A stretch of 64,000 nt of DNA from a virus. Below the pieces are notes generated by a model. It saw only the letters and a program-made list of their open reading frames with translations. It did not search any database and was not told where the DNA came from. The stretch spans positions 171,582 to 235,581 of IMG/VR virus record IMGVR_UViG_3300045125_000071, one strand, 5' to 3'. Made by a program: the position numbers and the translations under genes. Each line of letters starts with the position of its first letter. Position 1 is the first letter of the stretch. Of this stretch, positions 58,801-64,000 are shown in pieces.

Positions 58801-59656
58801 GATTTAAAATTTTATACTTCCATTTATATCCACCCGCAGTTTCGGCTTTACCCATACAAACATTACCAATATTTAAAATTTTTGTTTCATTTATTGCGTG
58901 AGATATACTTTCCCAACTTTTTATATAATTTCCAAATAAATCGTATTGGTCTACAGGTTTTCTTTTTCGATTCAGCATTTTTACATGGTATACCTTTCTT
59001 TATTTTGGATAGTGTTTCTGAAAATCCTTTTGGCTTAGGTTTTCTCATTTTTTGTTTGGTTTCCTCCGATAATTTCCTTCCTTTGAATGCGTTTTTAATT
59101 TTTTCCTTTGCTTCGGGTGAATGTGTCCATCCATTTTCCATTTTATACTTTTGATACTCGGATATTTTAAGTCTCCATTCTAAATGTCTTCTATTCGCTT
59201 CTTCCTCGCCATACTTCTCTACCCACAAAGCATACCTACCTTTTTTGTTAATGGTGTACCAATTTGTTTTAATGTATCTGATAATTTTTTTATTTGGTTT
59301 TTTCTCCTCTCTATTGCTTCTTCTTCCCCATATTTAGAAACCCAATAATTATATATTCCATTTTTTGCTATTTCATGTCCAATTTTTCTATCTCCTTCCT
59401 TACTACCTTCACTAATGTTATAGCCAGATTCTCTGTCAGTACTATTATAATATTTTATCCAATATACCTCTCTTTCATTTAAATGATTTTCATCAACACA
59501 TTCTTCTAATATATCTTTTTTAAAATTTTCTCTTCCATATTTTTTTATTGCCTTTATTAGTTTCAAACCACTACCATAATATGATGGATTGTTATTTTTA
59601 TCTTGTCCAATGTAAATTTTTCCATCAATTAAATTTGTTGTTTTATAGATAATCAT
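58793..59656 (-). mobile_element. GIY-YIG homing endonuclease with NUMOD3/NUMOD1 domains (frameshifted)
   Basis: MIIYKTTNLIDGKIYIGQ, GYNISEG, HSPEAKEKI, KPVDQYDL..TAGGYKW; overlaps thyA start. Confidence 0.85.
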
Positions 59657-62600
59657 AGTAAATTATTTACTATAAATATCTTTCTATCTTATTTATTCTA
59701 CATAATCCTATCTTTTTTTGTTATATAAACAATGGTCCTATCCTTTTTCGTATTTCCGAATCGTAGGATGTGTTCAACAAGTTCTAAATACTGACGGTCG
59801 ATGTTATTATTCATATTCAATTTCAAATGTATCGGGGTTAATGTATTTAATTTTTTTATCACCAGTTAAATCAACCATCTTATCATCAGGTATTCTATTT
59901 TTAATGATTAAATCTTTTAACTCCTGTGATATATCAGGATTATTTAGAATTTCATCACGTAACTCTTCGTGTTTACGTGCTAATTCAGCTCCTTTCTCTA
60001 TTAGTTTATCTATGTTATTCATTTTCGTTTTGTTTATTTATTAGTTGATAATTTAATTTATTGACGTAATAGTTATCATCACCATACCCATATTTAATTC
60101 TTGCTTCTTCAGCTTCTTTACTTGTATTGAATGGCGCAAGTATTACTACATTCTTGTCTTTTCCGTGTCTCGGTTCTTTTTCATAAACCGCGTATTGTTC
60201 GCTATTCATTTTCGTTTTGTTTTAGCTTTAATAGACTTCATTAATGATTTGGTTGTATCTTTCTTTATTCATATACCATATTTTATTGTGTACAACATTG
60301 ATTGAAGTTGGTATTTACTAATGTTATTGTCAAAAATTCTCCAATTACCAGAAGAATTATCAGAAGTGTCTAATTCAGCAACAACATCGCCATAAAAATA
60401 ACTACAATTATTTTTTTTATTGTATATTTCTACGGCTTGCTTTTTATTTTCAGCTTCTATTAACTGTCCATCAGTGTAATAAATTTCAGGAGATTCCATC
60501 AATCCTTCGCATTGCAATGCGACTATGTACTTACTTCATAAACTTCTGTAAGATTTTTTATGTTTATTAACCAATATTTTTCCCCGCTTTTACAACCAAA
60601 AACCGTTTCCTTTATCCTCAACACACGTTACCACTTTTCCATTAGGTTCTAAATCGGGTCTTAAAGAATCCCATGATGACTGCACTATAAATTTTTTACC
60701 AATATTACTCATAAACTTCTATTTTTTCGTCTTTGTGTGTTAGACTTATTTGTTTGGTTTCGATTTTTAATACCCTATTTTAGTTCCTCTAACTATATAC
60801 ATTACTTCATTCATGACCCTACCATCGATTATGGAATTTTGTCTTTCTTCTATGATTTGATAAACATGAGTATAATTTTTATTTATGAAATCCTCCAATT
60901 CTTCTTTCACTCTTGAAGGGTCTTCCATTTCTGAATAAGTTTTGGTTAAATCATATTTCCTCAAAATGGTATTTTATGCATAAAAACTGAATATCTATTC
61001 TTTTTGTAAATAAAATGATGTGAATTTACAATTTCAATAGTTAGTGATAATTTATCCAACGGAATTATGTATCTCCATGATTTATGAATATCATCAATTT
61101 TAAGGGTTCGTGTTTCACAAAACTCATCAATTGATTCGTGCCACAATTGCCCCATATATCCACGCCAAGATTCTGTCCTTTCTTTTATAAATTCGCTATT
61201 CATAAACTTCTATTTTTTCGTCTTTGTAATGTAATGTGATTAGTTTGGTTGGGATATTTTCTTTATCACAATCTTCGTGAGTTGTATATTTCGACACATC
61301 AAATCCAACATTAAATTTAGGTCCGTCATCATTAATTTCCAATTCAACCCCATTCGATAATTTAGTGTATAGAATTTTTAATCTTTCCTTTAAATTCAAC
61401 TCTCGTTCTTCAATCTTTAGCCCCACTTATCTGAAAACTCTTGGTCGGTTTTACTTCTTCTGATAAATTCTTGTTTGGTGTATGGTCTACAGCCGTCATC
61501 CTCAGTCTCTAAAACTTTATCATACTTAGTATCCCACGATTGTAACATTCTACGTATATCTTTACAATACCTCTCATAGACTTCATCAATGATTTGGTTG
61601 TAGCGTTCTTTATTCATATCTTAATTTTATTTGGTCATAATCTCTATCGTACCATTCACCATTTTCATTTTTATGGTTTCTAATAAGTTAGTGCTAACAA
61701 TATCTCACATAATCCCACACCTGAACAATCTCCTTTGTCCCACCTCTTGTAGTGGTTGAGAGTTTCACTATCTGTCATGTCGAGTAGTTCTTCTATCTTG
61801 TCTCTAATAGATTTATCCATATACTTCTATTTTTCTTCGTTGTGTGTTAGTGTGATTAGTTTGGTTGGGATATTTTGTTCACTTAATGATTCTTCTTGTG
61901 TTTTACCATGCCCCCACATTAACATTATACGTAATCCTTCAGTACGTTCATTCCAAATTTGCATCCTCTCATCCAAACTTAATTCTCGTTCTTTTATTCC
62001 CAATCCCCACCTTTCGGAAAATTCTTGGTCGGTTTTCATTTTGTTGATGAATTCTTCATTGGTCATCAGTCTGGTTCGATTCTGTGATGGGTCATCAACG
62101 TGGTACTCGTAGTCAGGTTCTTCAAGAAAACCCGCGAATTTTGAATAGCTTTCGTAAACCTCGTTAATGATTTGGTTGTAGCGTTCTTTATTATTTTTCA
62201 TTTAATATCTGTTTGTTTTCCATTGTTCATCACTTTGTTCTTCTAATTTTTTTAGAATATCATATGCCGATTTTGTGGTTTGAATTTTGCAATCAAAATC
62301 ATACGCAATCATACCGACATAATAAATTAAGTATCCCAGGTATTTCCTATCTACCGTTAAAGTATGTTCAGAATCGTATCGCACATTTCTTTGATGACAT
62401 CTCTCTTGGTTCTTATCCATTCATCAACTTCTTTATTACGAACAAGTATTGAGTGCAACCTTTCTTTTTGCTCATCGGTTAACTTATCAAGTTCAGATGT
62501 TATCCACCAATCAACATCACCGATACCAGAGAAGAAGTTGTAACAATGAGCAAACTCTTCTTCACCTCCCAACATAACACCGTCACCATAAAAACAACCC

Positions 62601-63387
62601 GCCCAATATGGACTAAACCCTCTCCATTTACTCAAATACTCACCATTATCCAATTTTATCATCCAATCTCTTTTCATATCTCAATTTTTTTCTTTGTATT
62701 TTTCCACACTTTAAACATATTCTTTCTTGAAATTCCTCTTACAACATTCAAAGTTTTATCTAAATGAGGAAAATAACGCATACTTTCTTTCCTGAATGTC
62801 GCCCACCTTGTCCATTTATGAAAAAAGAAACATGAACCTTTTTTCTCGTTATTAAACGCTTCAAATGTTGTCATTCCGCTGACTGGTTGTGATGTATTGT
62901 TTTCCATGTTCATTAATTTTCATCAATTACATTATATGAAACCCAAACCAAGATACACAAATACAAATATAAAATCCGTAACTAAAACCCATTTAAATGT
63001 GTTTATATATGTTTCGTCTTTTATATCAAAAGTTGCACCAATAATAAACATGCTTAACATGATTATTGTGTGTAAAATCATAAATGCTAATATTGGTTTA
63101 TTAATTTTCTTCATAATTTTGTTTTTTGTATATTAGTTTGGCATCTTGAAACGATGTTGTAGATGCGAATTCATCATTTAAGTAATTTATAACTTGTTCT
63201 ATTAACTCATAATCTCGTATTCCATCTTTAAGATTAACACTCTTAACTACCAAAGAAATTGCAGATGCCATTATCATGGCAGCATTTTCAATTTGAATGT
63301 TTTCTGTATGGCCTATTTCAATATCAATACCACCCCTATCATTAGCCTTACAGGTAACCGAGACCTTCGCCTCAAAATCTTTATCTA

Positions 63388-63852
63388 CCATATTAGATGT
63401 TTTTCTTCTCAATATATTCAAGGGTATTCTCGAATATAGTTTTAAGTTGTTTAGACATACCAAATCTTTGGGAATTGATTTCGATTGACCTCGCCATGTT
63501 CCCATCCTTGGTCCTTTCACCAGCAGCCTTCCAATCGAAAACATCTCCATCAAATCGAATAGATTCATCCCATTGATGCGATTCTCATAGTGTTGCGGGT
63601 GATGACTATTAACGGAATAATGATGGTCAAGAGCGGTTTAATCTGCCTGGTTGCTTCGGTATATTCCTCGCTCCCAAATGTTAAACCAGCAATAAGTGGT
63701 GTGACCTCATCAAAGGTGGATTTTTCGGGTTCCTCCAATTTCGATTGGTCATGATTTTTTGCTCTTTCCAATAATTCACATGAAGCATTAATCAGATATT
63801 CATTAACCTTTCTGATGTGCTTCAATGTTTCTGCTGTCGAATCGTAATTCAT
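63388..63852 (-). CDS. DUF5662-like (HD-related) protein (frameshifted)
   Basis: HIRKV..HDQSKLEEPE; HHY..NSHHP and MNLFDLMEM..DWKAA in other frames. Confidence 0.6.
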
Positions 63853-64000
63853 AATATTAATTTACCAGTTTATCGAGATTAATATCTCTTTCTTTTAAGA
63901 TTTCCCAAAATCTTTCATACACAGCATCCAACAAATCTTCTTTGGTTTCATATTTGTCAATAGACCATTCAAACCCTTTCTTTGTGTTGTGACTAAATTC

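Larger units (their letters stand above)
55415..62201 (-). repeat. dispersed paralogue family (MNKERYNQII...KIEVYE) and repeated gene-junction motif
   Basis: Identical 23-mer at 55415-55437 and 55677-55699; identical 27-mer at 60710-60736 and 61201-61227; ATGATTTGGTTGTA at ~56018, 60244, 61589, 62167. Confidence 0.85.

Noticed and set aside
55415..62201. Diversity-generating retroelement TR/VR pair
   Set aside because: No reverse transcriptase in the window, and repeat differences are not confined to adenines.
1285..63488. Many short opposite-strand ORFs in the ORF track
   Set aside because: They overlap better-supported genes and lack leaders or motifs. Exceptions kept: the HNH at 29001-29738 and the small basic ORF at ~48543.
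1195..63852. Widespread pseudogenisation or programmed frameshifting
   Set aside because: Breaks affect many unrelated genes, often near homopolymers, while motifs stay intact; most consistent with long-read indel errors. Read polishing would decide.
1..64000. Stop-codon reassignment (alternative genetic code)
   Set aside because: Interruptions are frame changes rather than in-frame TAG/TGA; TAA, TAG and TGA all end genes; the tRNA anticodon UGA reads Ser UCA and is not a suppressor.

Overview
A 64-kb segment of a large, AT-rich, probably lytic dsDNA (jumbo-type) phage. Host inferred to be Bacteroidota from TTTG-N19-20-TAnnTTTG promoters and A-rich leaders without Shine-Dalgarno sites. A + strand block of small early-type genes (656-12361) is divided into modules by terminator / 16-bp inverted repeat / promoter units. 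It converges with a long - strand block at a non-coding junction (12362-12808) carrying a perfect chromosomal-type parS palindrome and a DnaA box. The - strand block encodes a phosphoesterase, a radical SAM protein, an RNA ligase/kinase/HAD set, a Prs-like + Nampt-like (NARP1-type NAD rebuilding) locus, tRNA-Ser, an AAA ATPase, a stand-alone DnaA domain IV, RmlC, a multidomain lysin, a PcfJ-like protein, a heme oxygenase / PcyA-like bilin reductase / membrane-anchored receiver cassette, a DfrB-like protein, a Dda-like helicase, ThyA and several homing endonucleases. Highlights: (1) both NAD-pathway enzymes are split into two genes by free-standing endonucleases, and the Nampt-like halves carry acidic and basic extensions at the break; (2) the bilin-plus-receiver cassette; (3) parS and DnaA mimicry; (4) palindromic module spacers and repeated gene-junction motifs. 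Many genes carry single-base frameshifts that look like long-read errors, so several coordinates are manual reconstructions. All family calls are from motif recognition, not database searches.
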